This document shows, in pieces, positions 19,019-29,371 of a DNA stretch of 45,026 nt. Source of the DNA: an uncultured Eubacteriales bacterium (GTDB taxonomy: Bacteria; Bacillota; Clostridia; Christensenellales; Borkfalkiaceae); assembly GCA_958405585.1 (NCBI GenBank), contig CATYEP010000001.1, forward strand, positions 1 to 45,026, read 5' to 3'. The translations under genes and the position numbers were made by a program. Every line of letters starts with the position of its first letter. Position 1 is the first letter of the stretch. The notes beneath the pieces were generated by a model. It worked only from the letters and a program-made list of their open reading frames with translations, made no database searches and was not told the origin of the DNA.

Positions 19019-19215
19019 AAACTGCTCCCCTGCGCCGCGGCGCGGAATGAGCCGCGGCTATAAAATATCTTAAAACAATCGGTGATCCGCATAAAAAACG
19101 CGATACCACCGCACACTGTTCTTATTTTACACTATTTTCCCAAAAATGTAAAAGATTTTTGAACGGCTTTTGACAATTTGGCGCATTTTTACGCTATTTT
19201 TCACTTTTCGGGCCC

Positions 19216-19950
19216 TCAAATATTTTGGCTCCGCTCGGGCACGCTTGCGACCGTGAGCACATGCACGCTGAGCGCTCCCGCGCGCAAAATCGCTTTCGCC
19301 GCCACGGATGCCGTTGTGCCCGTCGTCATCACGTCGTCTATAAGTACGATATTTTTACCGCGGCAAACCGTCCGTTCGTGCACGCGAATGCTTCCTTGCA
19401 GATTTTTCGCCCGCTCTGCGGCGGATAATTCTTTCTGTTCCGCCGTTTCGCGCGTCTTGACGAGAAGTTCTCTTTCCAGCGGGATTCCGCACCTTTGAGA
19501 CAAAATATCTGCCAAAAGTTCCGACTGATTGTATCCGCGCTCCTTCACCGCCCGCGGCGTCATCGGCACAAAGGCGAGCATGTCCGCATCCCGAAACTGC
19601 GAAAGAAGGATCGGGAACATCCTGTCCGCAAACGCTTCCGCAAGGTACTTCTCACCCGTCTTGAATTCCTTGATGAGACGCACTATTTCGCCGCTGTACA
19701 CAAACGCGCTGCGCGCGGAAGTATAATCGGGCATATGCGCTTTGCACTCCGGACACACGGGATAATCGTCTGCGATCGCCCTGCCGCACTTATCGCAAAT
19801 ATACCCCGCATTGAACGGAAGGGAATCCAGGCACCGTTCACAAAAATATTTATCCGAAAACAATTCTGCTCCGCAGCACACACAAGCAATGTTTTCACCG
19901 GATACGAGCCGCACGGCACGCTTTGCCATTTCCGCAAACAACCCTTTCAT
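19216..19950 (-). CDS. comF: ComF-family protein (double zinc ribbon + PRTase fold)
   Basis: CVCC/CERC/CDKC/CPEC motifs, RGYNQSELLA, VLIDDVMTTGTT; start 19950 or 19956. Confidence 0.9.
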   Translation of the reverse strand: MKGLFAEMAKRAVRLVSGENIACVCCGAELFSDKYFCERCLDSLPFNAGYICDKCGRAIADDYPVCPECKAHMPDYTSARSAFVYSGEIVRLIKEFKTGEKYLAEAFADRMFPILLSQFRDADMLAFVPMTPRAVKERGYNQSELLADILSQRCGIPLERELLVKTRETAEQKELSAAERAKNLQGSIRVHERTVCRGKNIVLIDDVMTTGTTASVAAKAILRAGALSVHVLTVASVPERSQNI

Positions 19951-20018
19951 ATTCATTCTCCCTCTTAATACGCAAAAAGGGCGTACGCCGCCCTTTTCCC
20001 GCGCCGAAAGGCGCAAAT

Positions 20019-21185
20019 TTATCGCAAATATTTTGCCAGTTTTTCAGCCATGTCCGTCTTTTCCCAAGGAAATTCTTCCCTGCCGAAATGCCCGTATGCC
20101 GCCGTCTTTTTGAAAATGGGTTTACGAAGCCCGAGTTTACGGATGATCGCAAGCGGACGCAGGTCAAAATTTTCGCGCACGATCTGCGCCAGTTTTTCGT
20201 CCGTGACCTTGCCCGTCCCGTAGGTATTGACAAACACCGACACGGGATTCGCCACGCCGATCGCATAGGCAAGCTGCAACTCGCATTCATCCGCCAGGTG
20301 CGCCGCCACAATATTCTTGCAGATATACCGTGCCATATACGCCGCACTGCGGTCTACTTTCGTGCTGTCTTTTCCCGAAAACGCCCCGCCGCCGTGCGCA
20401 CATCTGCCGCCGTAGGTATCCACAATGATCTTGCGGCCCGTCAGCCCGCTGTCGCCTTCCGGCCCGCCGATCTCAAACCTGCCCGTCGGATTGATAAAAT
20501 ATTTCGTATCTTTATCCAAAAGTTTTGCGTCCACGACCTCGTCGATCACATACTTACGGATATCCTGTTTCAACTGTTCCTGCGAAACGTGCTCATCATG
20601 CTGTGCCGATACAACGATCGTATCCACACGAACGGGTTTCTTATCCTCATATTCCACAGTGACCTGCGTCTTTCCGTCTGGACGCAGATACGGCAGAAGT
20701 CCGCTCTTTCGCACTTCGGCAAGCCGCATCGCCAGCTTCTGCGACAGTACCGCCGTAAGCGGCATCAGTTCGGGTGTCTCGTTCACCGCATACCCGAACA
20801 TCATTCCCTGATCGCCCGCGCCGATCTGATCCGCTTCATCGCCGCCCGCTTTCTTTTCCAGAGAATTATCTACCCCCAGCGCAATATCCGCGCTCTGCCC
20901 GTGGATCGCCGTAATGACCGCCAGCGAATTATAGGAAAATCCCTGACCGTGCGTGTACCCGATCTCTTTGACCGTATCGCGCACGATTTTGGATATATCG
21001 ACATAACAGTTTGTGGACAGTTCGCCCATCACAAGAACCATACCCGTCGTCGCGCAGCATTCGATCGCCACACGGGAATTTTCGTCCTTTGTCAGGACTG
21101 CATCCAAAACTGCGTCCGAGATCTGATCGCAGACTTTATCGGGATGTCCTTCGGTTACGCTTTCGCTTGTAAAAAAGTATTTCAT
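20019..21185 (-). CDS. metK: S-adenosylmethionine synthetase
   Basis: [28 protein letters not shown]. Confidence 0.98.
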   Translation of the reverse strand: MKYFFTSESVTEGHPDKVCDQISDAVLDAVLTKDENSRVAIECCATTGMVLVMGELSTNCYVDISKIVRDTVKEIGYTHGQGFSYNSLAVITAIHGQSADIALGVDNSLEKKAGGDEADQIGAGDQGMMFGYAVNETPELMPLTAVLSQKLAMRLAEVRKSGLLPYLRPDGKTQVTVEYEDKKPVRVDTIVVSAQHDEHVSQEQLKQDIRKYVIDEVVDAKLLDKDTKYFINPTGRFEIGGPEGDSGLTGRKIIVDTYGGRCAHGGGAFSGKDSTKVDRSAAYMARYICKNIVAAHLADECELQLAYAIGVANPVSVFVNTYGTGKVTDEKLAQIVRENFDLRPLAIIRKLGLRKPIFKKTAAYGHFGREEFPWEKTDMAEKLAKYLR

Positions 21186-21269
21186 GTTCCGTCTCCCAAA
21201 ATTTTCCGCCGTAAACGGCGGACAGAGCGCGGTCTCGCCGCGCCCTCAGATTGTCGTTTTTCATCTATT

Positions 21270-21298
21270 ATTATAGTATGAAACGCACAACTTGTCAA
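21270..21298 (-). promoter_or_regulatory. consensus sigma-A promoter of metK
   Basis: minus strand TTGACA-17-TATAAT. Confidence 0.85.
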
Positions 21299-21360
21299 TA
21301 ATTTCCCCGCTGCGCATAACAATGCTTTTCAAACACCGAAAAATATGATACAATTCCCTT

Positions 21361-22236
21361 ATGGAAACAAAATGCAAGCTCTGCCCCGCAGAATGCGGAG
21401 CAGACAGATCACATGAATGCGGCGCCTGCGGTGCGGACAACACAGTGCGCGTCGCCAAATACGGTCTGCACCCCTTCGAGGAACCGTGTATTTCCGGAAA
21501 AAAAGGTTCGGGCACCGTCTTTTTCAGCGGATGCGCCCTGCGGTGCGTGTTCTGCCAGAATCACGAAATCTCCCGCGCCAACACGGGAGAATCCTGCGAC
21601 ACAAACACCCTTATCCGCATTTTCCGTGAACTGGAAGACATGGGCGCCGAAAACATCAATCTCGTTACTGCCTCCCACTACGTTCCCCAGCTTTTGCAGG
21701 CTTTCAGGGAATACAGACCGAAAATTTCCGTCGTCTACAATACCCATTCTTACGAAAAAATTGAAGTATTGCAGGCGCTCGACAAGTATATCGACATCTA
21801 TCTGCCGGATATGAAATATTATTCGCCCAAGATTTCAGCGCGGTACACGGGTAAGGCAAACTATTTCGAATACGCTTCGCGCGCCGTGGAATTCATGGCT
21901 CGGCGCGAATGCGAATTTGACGGCGAAAAGATGATGCGCGGATGTATCGTACGGCATCTTGTACTCCCGCTTTGCACGGACGATTCTTTAAAAATCGTAG
22001 AGTGGTTTGCCTCACTCCACTCTCCCGCCTATTTTTCTCTGATGGGACAGTACACGCCCTGCGGCGACATCGAAAATTTCCCCGAACTGAAAAGGCGCAT
22101 CACGCCGCGCGAATACAGAAAAGTGCGCGATTTTGTCTTTTCCTGCGGCATCGAACGCTTGTTTTTGCAAAAGCTCGAAGCCGCCGATTCCCGCTTTATT
22201 CCTGATTTCTCGGCGGATACAAACACCCTTTTCTGA
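21361..22236 (+). CDS. radical SAM protein, PflX-like
   Basis: CKLCPAECGADR, EEPCISG..GSGTVFFSGCALRCVFCQN (CxxxCxxC), DIYLPDMKY, IVRHLVLP. Confidence 0.9.
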   Translation: METKCKLCPAECGADRSHECGACGADNTVRVAKYGLHPFEEPCISGKKGSGTVFFSGCALRCVFCQNHEISRANTGESCDTNTLIRIFRELEDMGAENINLVTASHYVPQLLQAFREYRPKISVVYNTHSYEKIEVLQALDKYIDIYLPDMKYYSPKISARYTGKANYFEYASRAVEFMARRECEFDGEKMMRGCIVRHLVLPLCTDDSLKIVEWFASLHSPAYFSLMGQYTPCGDIENFPELKRRITPREYRKVRDFVFSCGIERLFLQKLEAADSRFIPDFSADTNTLF

Positions 22237-22374
22237 TTATCGATTCACCTATTCCGCAACAGATCATGCCGTTGACGGCGAACCTTGTTCCCGCCTGACC
22301 GCATTTAAGTCTCTTTCCAACGCTTGCATACCCGATTTTAAACATATCTTTTCCGATTTCAGAAGGTAAACAGG

Positions 22375-22515
22375 TTAAGAATCGGTATGATTCTGACGGA
22401 TAAAGGCATGGCGGGCTTTGACCAATTTTTTTACGAGCGGCGCGACCTCGGAAGGGGGCGCCGCGGCGAGTTTTTCTTCCAACAATTCTATATCGGCCAT
22501 TGAAATTTTTTTCAT
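22375..22515 (-). CDS. possible 46-aa small protein
   Basis: MKKISMADIELLEEKLAAAPPSEVAPLVKKLVKARHAFIRQNHTDS; below the ORF-track cutoff; no clear RBS. Confidence 0.35.
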   Translation of the reverse strand: MKKISMADIELLEEKLAAAPPSEVAPLVKKLVKARHAFIRQNHTDS

Positions 22516-22545
22516 GCCGCTATTTTGCGGAGTTTTACAAAAATT

Positions 22546-24438
22546 ATGTTAATATCGCTGGAAAACGTACGCTTCGGCTACGATGACAAAATCATTCTGG
22601 ACAATATATCCTTTACCGTATCGGAAAAAGAACGCATCGGCTTTATCGGTGCGAACGGAGAAGGGAAAACCACGCTCATCAAACTGATGACGGGTGTACT
22701 TTTCCCCGACGAAGGGCAAATTTACAAAAAAACGGGATTGAAAATCGGCTGGCTGGAACAAAACGGCGGTCTGGAAAGCGAAAAGACCGTTTACGAAGAA
22801 ATGCGTTCGGTCTTTGCTTTTGTTTATAATTCAATGGAACGTCTGCGTGAAATCGAACAGAAATTGGCGACAGTCCCCTTTCAGAGCAAGGAATATCTCG
22901 ATCTTTCCGCAAAGTACGAACAGTTGGAGCGTGCCATTGCCGCCGCAGACGGTTACAATGCGGAAGTGAAGATCAAAACGGTTTTAAACGGTATGGGATT
23001 CGGCGGAATGTATGAGCAGAAGATCTCCACCATGAGCGGCGGAGAAAAGACACGGCTCAAATTGTGCCGTCTTCTTTTGGAAGAGCCCGAAATTTTATTT
23101 TTGGACGAGCCGACCAACCACTTGGACGTTTCCACCCTGTTCTGGCTGGAAGATTATCTGAAAAATTACCGCGGTGCGATTTTCACTGTTTCCCACGACC
23201 GTTATTTTTTGGATGCGATCGTTACCAAGATTTTTGAACTGGAAAACTGCCGCATTCAGGCTTTCCGCGGCAACTATTCCAAATACAAAGTTTTGAAAGC
23301 GGAAAAATACGAACACGACCTGAAAGAATACGAACGCCAACAGGAAGAGATCGCCGACCTGAAAGATTACGTTGCGCGCAACATCGTGCGCGCAACGACA
23401 GCAAAGAGCGCGCAGTCGCGGGTAAAAAAGCTGGAATCGATGGAATTGCTCGAAAAGCCCGTCCCCCCGCCGAAACCGCCCAAATTTTCCTTTGAAACGA
23501 TGGAAAAAAGCGAGGAGCGCGCCCTGTCGGTAAGCGGCCTGTCCCTTTCAGCGGGTGGAAAATTGTTGTTTTCCGACGCAAATTTTGAAGTACGTCGCAG
23601 CGAAAAAATTGCGATCGTGGGCGAAAACGGCACGGGAAAATCTACACTTATCCGCACACTTGTACAAAAGCGCGATCCTTCCGTGCGTTGGGGACGGTTC
23701 AATAAGATCGGCTATTATGACCAGGAAAATGCAGATCTCGACCCCGATGAAACGGTTCTGGGAGCTCTCTGGCACAAACACACGGGCATGACGCAGACAC
23801 AGGCGCGCGCCCTGCTCGCCCGCGCGAAACTGACAGACGAGGACATGGAGAAAAAAGTCCGCTCACTTTCGGGCGGAGAACGCGCAAAATTGTCTCTCGT
23901 GCTTTTAGAAGCCCTCTGTGCCAATTTTCTTGTTCTGGACGAACCCACAAACCACCTTGATCTTTTGGCGCGGGAAAGCCTGGAAGAGGCTTTGAAAGCG
24001 TTCGGAGGGACGCTCCTGTTTGTTTCGCATGACCGCTATTTTATCTCCAATATCGCCGAGAAAATTCTGGAGATCGAAAACGGAAAAATTACTCTATACC
24101 CCTGCCGATATGATGAATATACGGCGTTGAAAAAGATGCAGGCGGATGATAAAGCGGCCGCAGAAAGAGCCGAAAAAGCGGAAGAGAGAGCCGTTCAGAA
24201 TACGGCATCTTACCGCTCGAAAGCGGAGCGCGCCGAAGAAGCTCGAAAAAAACAAAAGATAAAAGAGATCGAAAAGAAGATTTCCGATACAGAAAACGAA
24301 ATTGCGGCACTGAATGAGGAAATAGCAAAACCGGAAATTGCCGCCGATTATAAACTTTTAAACGAAAAATGCGCGCGTCTCAATGAGTTGCATGCTGCCG
24401 TCGAAAAACTTTATGAAGAATACGAAGCGCTTTTATAA
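22546..24438 (+). CDS. ABC-F family ATPase with C-terminal coiled coil
   Basis: two ABC domains (GANGEGKTT/SGGEK/LDEPTNHLD; GENGTGKST/SGGER/LDEPTNHLD), no TM; ATG at 22546. Confidence 0.95.
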   Translation: MLISLENVRFGYDDKIILDNISFTVSEKERIGFIGANGEGKTTLIKLMTGVLFPDEGQIYKKTGLKIGWLEQNGGLESEKTVYEEMRSVFAFVYNSMERLREIEQKLATVPFQSKEYLDLSAKYEQLERAIAAADGYNAEVKIKTVLNGMGFGGMYEQKISTMSGGEKTRLKLCRLLLEEPEILFLDEPTNHLDVSTLFWLEDYLKNYRGAIFTVSHDRYFLDAIVTKIFELENCRIQAFRGNYSKYKVLKAEKYEHDLKEYERQQEEIADLKDYVARNIVRATTAKSAQSRVKKLESMELLEKPVPPPKPPKFSFETMEKSEERALSVSGLSLSAGGKLLFSDANFEVRRSEKIAIVGENGTGKSTLIRTLVQKRDPSVRWGRFNKIGYYDQENADLDPDETVLGALWHKHTGMTQTQARALLARAKLTDEDMEKKVRSLSGGERAKLSLVLLEALCANFLVLDEPTNHLDLLARESLEEALKAFGGTLLFVSHDRYFISNIAEKILEIENGKITLYPCRYDEYTALKKMQADDKAAAERAEKAEERAVQNTASYRSKAERAEEARKKQKIKEIEKKISDTENEIAALNEEIAKPEIAADYKLLNEKCARLNELHAAVEKLYEEYEALL

Positions 24439-24515
24439 AAAACTTGCTGAAAAGTCAAGGATATATTAAAAAAAACCTTGCAGAAATTGTACCCATTGTT
24501 ACGGATGACAGATAA

Positions 24516-24593
24516 AAAAAAGCAGGAAACGTTGACACGTTTCCTGCTTTTTTTATTTTTGTGAGCGGCGCCCCGCGAATTTTTCGCGGGGCG
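24516..24593. terminator. two hairpins between convergent ABC-F and rseP genes
   Basis: aaaaaagcaggaaacgt-tgac-acgtttcctgctttttt and cgccccgcgaa-ttt-ttcgcggggcg. Confidence 0.7.
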
Positions 24594-24612
24594 TTGCACT
24601 TTTTGATTTTAA

Positions 24613-25758
24613 CTAAAAAAACTGTAAAATATCCACTAAAATCGCAAAGCCGATGAGCAGAATAAATCCTGCCGCGTGGATGATCGCTTCCACTTTGCGG
24701 TTGATCGGCTTCCCGCGCACCCATTCAATGAGAGTAAATACGATCTTAGAGCCGTCCAGAGCGGGTATCGGCAATAGATTGAACACCGCAAGGTTCACGC
24801 CGATAAACGCCGCGATCTCCAAAAACTGCTGAAAACTCTGCGATGCGATCTGCGAAGTCAGCTTGATCGTCGTTACCGGCCCGCCAAACGCCGAAAGCCC
24901 CAGATCACCGGTAAACAGCTGTCCCAACACCTTGAAGATCGTGCCGCCGATCTGGAAAGAATAGGTAAAAGACCTTCCGAGCGTTTCAAAAAATCCGAAT
25001 CCCTTATACGACGTTGAAGCAACCATATGGATATAAGTTTCTCCGTCTTCCGCATATTGGCGCGCGATCCCCAAAGAATCCCACAAAGCCCCCGTATCCG
25101 TCAGATTTTTAAAATCCGCGTCGCTGCGGAGCATGACTTTGATCTCCTGTTCGGTCCTGCCTGTTTCCCCTTTGCGCGAAACGAGAAACGTTACGAGATC
25201 CCCTTCCTTTTTGCCTTCCAGCACTTCCATGAGATCGCTCGTCAAATAGATACCCTTCCCCTCGCATCGGATGATCACATCTTCGTCCTGAAAAGAATAC
25301 CCCGCCACGGCGATGCCGCTTTGCGTATACTCCGAAGTATCCACGCGATAGGTCATTAAAAGCAGCTGTCCGTACGCAAAAAACGAAGTAATGATCAAAA
25401 GCAATGCGAGCAGATAATTCATAAATGCGCCCGCAAACAATACAATGATCCTCTGCCAGGGCTTTTTATTATTGAATGCGTCCGGATGGGAATTTTCTTC
25501 GTCCTCACCCTCAAACGCGCAATAGCCGCCGAGCGGCAATGCACGCACCGAAAACACTTCTCCGTTCTTTTTCGTACGTTTGTAGAGCGCGGGCCCGAAC
25601 CCGATCGCAAATTCGTTGATTTTAAATTTAAAGATTTTTCCCGCAATGTAATGCCCGAATTCGTGTACCGTGATCATTGCCAGCAAAATCAGAATTGCCA
25701 GCAACACAGAACCGATCGTTTTCATCACATCCGAAAATGCGAGAAGATTGAGCGCCAT
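24613..25758 (-). CDS. rseP: site-2 (M50) intramembrane metalloprotease RseP/RasP
   Basis: VHEFGH, FAIGFGP, NLLPIPALDG; conserved position after dxr. Confidence 0.93.
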   Translation of the reverse strand: MALNLLAFSDVMKTIGSVLLAILILLAMITVHEFGHYIAGKIFKFKINEFAIGFGPALYKRTKKNGEVFSVRALPLGGYCAFEGEDEENSHPDAFNNKKPWQRIIVLFAGAFMNYLLALLLIITSFFAYGQLLLMTYRVDTSEYTQSGIAVAGYSFQDEDVIIRCEGKGIYLTSDLMEVLEGKKEGDLVTFLVSRKGETGRTEQEIKVMLRSDADFKNLTDTGALWDSLGIARQYAEDGETYIHMVASTSYKGFGFFETLGRSFTYSFQIGGTIFKVLGQLFTGDLGLSAFGGPVTTIKLTSQIASQSFQQFLEIAAFIGVNLAVFNLLPIPALDGSKIVFTLIEWVRGKPINRKVEAIIHAAGFILLIGFAILVDILQFF

Positions 25759-25786
25759 ACGTCTCCCCTTTTATGATTTCTTGCGC

Positions 25787-26917
25787 TTAACCGATTTTCA
25801 ACCGCGCACAGGCACGTGCCCTGCGATCTGTCTCTTCCAGCGCTTCGTAACTTTCCGCACTGCCGTCGATTTTCGCCGCAAGCACGTCTTCTATAATGTC
25901 TGCAATTTGCGTGTATTTTATTTGCCCGTTTAAAAAAGCGGATACCGCCACTTCCCCAGCCGCGTTCAAAATACAGGGATACGTCCCGCCTTTTTCCGCG
26001 CATTGCCGCGCCAACACAAAACAGGGATAGCGTTTTTCGTCCACTTTTTCAAAATGCAGCGATCCCGCCTTGAAAAAATCCACCGACGGCAATCCGCAAT
26101 CCAGCCGTTCCGGATACGTCAGCGCCAGCTGGATCGGCAATTCCATCGAAGGCATCGCCATCTGCGCCAGCACTGCGCCGTCCGCAAACTCCACCATCGA
26201 ATGCACGATGCTCTCCCTGTGTACCAGCACCTCGATTTGCGAAAGCGCCGCCCCGTACAGGTGCATCGCTTCCATCACCTCAAAGCCCTTGTTCAGCATA
26301 GTCGCACAGTCGATCGTGATCTTCGGGCCCATTTTCCAGTTCGGATGCGCCAGAGCGTCTTTTGCCGTTACCTGTCCCAGTTTTTCCATGGGAACATCGC
26401 GCAGCGCCCCGCCGCTTGCTGTCAACAATATTTTTCGGAAAGGCGCTTTTCTGTCAAAGTTCAGACACTGCCAGATCGCAGAATGTTCGCTGTCTACGGG
26501 AAGGACGCGAAGTCCCTTCCGCTCCGCCAGCGGCATAACCAACTGCCCCCCCACGACCAGACTTTCCTTGTTTGCAAGTGCAATATCTTTCCCGGCTGAA
26601 AGCGCCGAAAGCGCCGCTTTCAGCCCCGCAAAGCCCGTTACCGCTATGAGCACTATATCCGCATTGTCATAGGAACAAGCCTCTTCGAACGCCTTTTCCC
26701 CGCAGGAAAAGCGCGTCCCTTTCGGCACGTTTATATTCCGTTCCGTGCGCAGAGCCGCAAACTCCGGCCGATTCTGATCTATCTGTTGTTCAAAGAGCGT
26801 TCCGCCCGTATTTGCCGCCAAAGCGACGATCTGAAAGCGCTCCGGATACCGCCTGCAGACTTCGATTGCCTGTCTGCCGATCGAGCCCGTGCTCCCAATG
26901 ATCGAGATCCTTTTCAT
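25787..26917 (-). CDS. dxr: 1-deoxy-D-xylulose-5-phosphate reductoisomerase
   Basis: GSTGSIG, LANKESLV, PVDSEHSAI, HPNWKMGPKITID. Confidence 0.97.
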   Translation of the reverse strand: MKRISIIGSTGSIGRQAIEVCRRYPERFQIVALAANTGGTLFEQQIDQNRPEFAALRTERNINVPKGTRFSCGEKAFEEACSYDNADIVLIAVTGFAGLKAALSALSAGKDIALANKESLVVGGQLVMPLAERKGLRVLPVDSEHSAIWQCLNFDRKAPFRKILLTASGGALRDVPMEKLGQVTAKDALAHPNWKMGPKITIDCATMLNKGFEVMEAMHLYGAALSQIEVLVHRESIVHSMVEFADGAVLAQMAMPSMELPIQLALTYPERLDCGLPSVDFFKAGSLHFEKVDEKRYPCFVLARQCAEKGGTYPCILNAAGEVAVSAFLNGQIKYTQIADIIEDVLAAKIDGSAESYEALEETDRRARACARLKIG

Positions 26918-27067
26918 ACGTTTCCCTTCCGTTCAATATATGCCGTGAAAAATTTTTTATGCCGATCGGATCCGTTCCGAATCCGATTTCGTGAAATTTT
27001 CCGATAAAATACAATCGGAGCGGTGCCGACAGCACCGCTCCGCATTTTTCTTTTCAAAGCCTCACAC

Positions 27068-27979
27068 TCATAGAACTGCGAGAATAAATGCAAGATATAT
27101 GAACGTGCTGGCAAATAAGGTACCGTCAATGCGGTCCAAAATTCCGCCGTGTCCGGGAAGGAGTCTGCCCATATCCTTAATGCCGCATTTACGCTTGATC
27201 ACGCTTTCCACAAGGTCGCCGAACTCTGTCATGAACGAGCAGATAAGCCCGATCACGGCAAATACGATCCAAGGGGTGCCTGCCCAGCCGCTGAAGATCC
27301 CTTCATAGACATAGCCGGTCGCCAACGTATACAGCCAATACAGAAGAATGCTTGCAAGACTGCCGAACACGATCCCGCCGATCGCCCCCGAAACCGTCTT
27401 GTTCGGACTGATAGTCGGGCAAAGTTTTTTGCCTTTGCAGAGGCTTCCCACAAAAAACGCAAACGTGTCGGTCACGGGAGATATGACAAATATCAGCAAC
27501 AGTCCGAGTGCGGGCGCACCCTGAGGCGGAAGTGAATTGGTCAGAATTGTCGTGGACAGGATCGCGGTCGGATAAAAGCCGCAAAGCATCGCCGCACCCG
27601 TGCCCTTGATGTCGGTATTTTTGTGATCCACCACCAAAAGACAAAACAACACCAACGCAAACAGGAACGACAACGTTAAAAGGCAACGGAATCCTGCCCT
27701 TTCGTGAATAAAATCTGCCACGTAAAAGGACGGCGTAAACAGGATCGCATAAGCATAGACAACAAACTTTTGCGATTTGCTCATGGGCATGGGGGGCTCT
27801 GCGGTATCCTGGGCGTTGACGTGCGGCCCCGAAAGCGCATGAACCATCTCATACGTGCCGATCAGCGAAAACGCATAAATAAGGATCCCGAACAGGCGGG
27901 CATCAACCAGTCGCAGTGCAAAAAAAGCAACGATGATTGCAAAATATACAGCTCCCGTGATTACTCGAGTACGAAGCAT
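27068..27979 (-). CDS. cdsA: phosphatidate cytidylyltransferase
   Basis: DTFAFFVG, ISPNKT, GDLVESVIKR..GIKD..LLPGHGGILDRID. Confidence 0.95.
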   Translation of the reverse strand: MLRTRVITGAVYFAIIVAFFALRLVDARLFGILIYAFSLIGTYEMVHALSGPHVNAQDTAEPPMPMSKSQKFVVYAYAILFTPSFYVADFIHERAGFRCLLTLSFLFALVLFCLLVVDHKNTDIKGTGAAMLCGFYPTAILSTTILTNSLPPQGAPALGLLLIFVISPVTDTFAFFVGSLCKGKKLCPTISPNKTVSGAIGGIVFGSLASILLYWLYTLATGYVYEGIFSGWAGTPWIVFAVIGLICSFMTEFGDLVESVIKRKCGIKDMGRLLPGHGGILDRIDGTLFASTFIYLAFILAVL

Positions 27980-27982
27980 CCC

Positions 27983-28678
27983 TCACTCCTCCTGTACGTT
28001 TCCGAATCTCCTGTCGCGCGCGGAATAATTTTCGATGGCCTTTTCCAGATCTCGTTTGGAAAACTCCGGCCACATCTTTCCCGAAAAGTAAAGTTCGCTG
28101 TAAGCCGCCTGATATAACAAAAAATTGCTCAGTCTGAGTTCTCCGCCCGTACGGATGATCAGATCGGGATCCGGGATCCCGCCCGTCTCCAAAAGCGACG
28201 AAAAGCTCTGTTCATCCACAAAACGGCCGTATGAAACCGCCGCATTCACGGCTCGGATGATCTCCTGCCGCGAACCGTAATTGATACAAATATTCAAAAG
28301 CCCCCGAACAAGATGCGACGTTTCGTCCATCATCTCAAGAATACTTTCCTGAATGTCGGGCGGAAACACCGTAATGTCGCCCACCACGTTGATCTTGACT
28401 CCCATCTCCTGCATTTTATCTTTTTTCTTCCCGAAAAACGTTCGGAAAAGATCGAAGAGTTCATCCACCTCTTCTTTAGGACGGGAAAGATTCTCCGTGG
28501 AGAGTGCATACACCGTCACGATCCTGACTCCCAAATCAAAGGCGTGGGAGCAGATCTTGAACATATTCTGCACGCCCATTTTATGACCGTATCCGCGCGG
28601 ACGAAATCTGCGTTTCGCCCAACGACCGTTTCCGTCCATTATAAATGCAATATGGACGGGTAATTTTATTCTTTTCAT
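27983..28678 (-). CDS. uppS: undecaprenyl diphosphate synthase
   Basis: HIAFIMDGNGRWA, STEN, DLIIRTGGELRLSNFLLYQ. Confidence 0.96.
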   Translation of the reverse strand: MKRIKLPVHIAFIMDGNGRWAKRRFRPRGYGHKMGVQNMFKICSHAFDLGVRIVTVYALSTENLSRPKEEVDELFDLFRTFFGKKKDKMQEMGVKINVVGDITVFPPDIQESILEMMDETSHLVRGLLNICINYGSRQEIIRAVNAAVSYGRFVDEQSFSSLLETGGIPDPDLIIRTGGELRLSNFLLYQAAYSELYFSGKMWPEFSKRDLEKAIENYSARDRRFGNVQEE

Positions 28679-28690
28679 ACCTTAGCCCTG

Positions 28691-29263
28691 TCAAACGGAC
28701 ATGATTTCTTTTTCTTTATCGGCGGTATGCTTATCGATCTGCTCCATCGTCTTGGAAACCGTCTTTTCGACATCCTTTTCCAGCGACGCGCACTCGTCTT
28801 CGGATATTTCTTTGTTGTTCTTCATCTTTTTCAGAGATTCCATCGCATCGCGGCGAAGATTGCGCACCGCCACTTTCGAGTCCTCCGACAAAGATTTGAT
28901 CTGCTTGGCAATGTCGCGGCGGCGCTCCTCCGTCAGATCGGGGAAGATAAGACGGATCACTTTACCGTCATTCGTCGGAGTCAGCCCGATATTCGATGCA
29001 AGGATCGCCTTTTCGATGCCTTTGAGCAAAGATGCATCCCACGGGCTGATCACCAGGCATTTTGCATCCTGCACCGATATATTGCCCACCTGATTTACCG
29101 GAGTCATCGCTCCGTAATAGTCCACCTGAATTTTATCCAGCACATGAGGATTCGCTCTTCCGGCGCGAATGTTCGTAAATTCTTCGCGCAGAACGCTCGT
29201 CGTTTTGTCCAGCTTTTCTTCCAGAAGCAACAGCATCTCTTCTACTTTTTCGCTATCGACCAT
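28691..29263 (-). CDS. frr: ribosome recycling factor
   Basis: IRAGRANP, VDYYG, LTEERR, VAVRNLRRDA. Confidence 0.97.
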   Translation of the reverse strand: MVDSEKVEEMLLLLEEKLDKTTSVLREEFTNIRAGRANPHVLDKIQVDYYGAMTPVNQVGNISVQDAKCLVISPWDASLLKGIEKAILASNIGLTPTNDGKVIRLIFPDLTEERRRDIAKQIKSLSEDSKVAVRNLRRDAMESLKKMKNNKEISEDECASLEKDVEKTVSKTMEQIDKHTADKEKEIMSV

Positions 29264-29371
29264 GGTATCCCTCCAGTTAAAATTTCTCGCGCACTGTTCA
29301 AGCCCGCATACCCCCGTCGCCCCTTTCAGGGCACGGCATACGGTAACGGACTTTCCGCCGTGCGTGCGGAA

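Noticed and set aside
22240..22370. Possible SRP, 6S or raiA-type RNA downstream of the radical SAM gene
   Set aside because: ggtcaggcgggaac only loosely resembles the SRP core (TCAGGTCCGGAAGGAAGCAGC); no convincing long stem.
29264..29371. Structured RNA between pyrH and frr
   Set aside because: Some GC-rich pairing is possible, but the stems are imperfect and match no motif I recognise.
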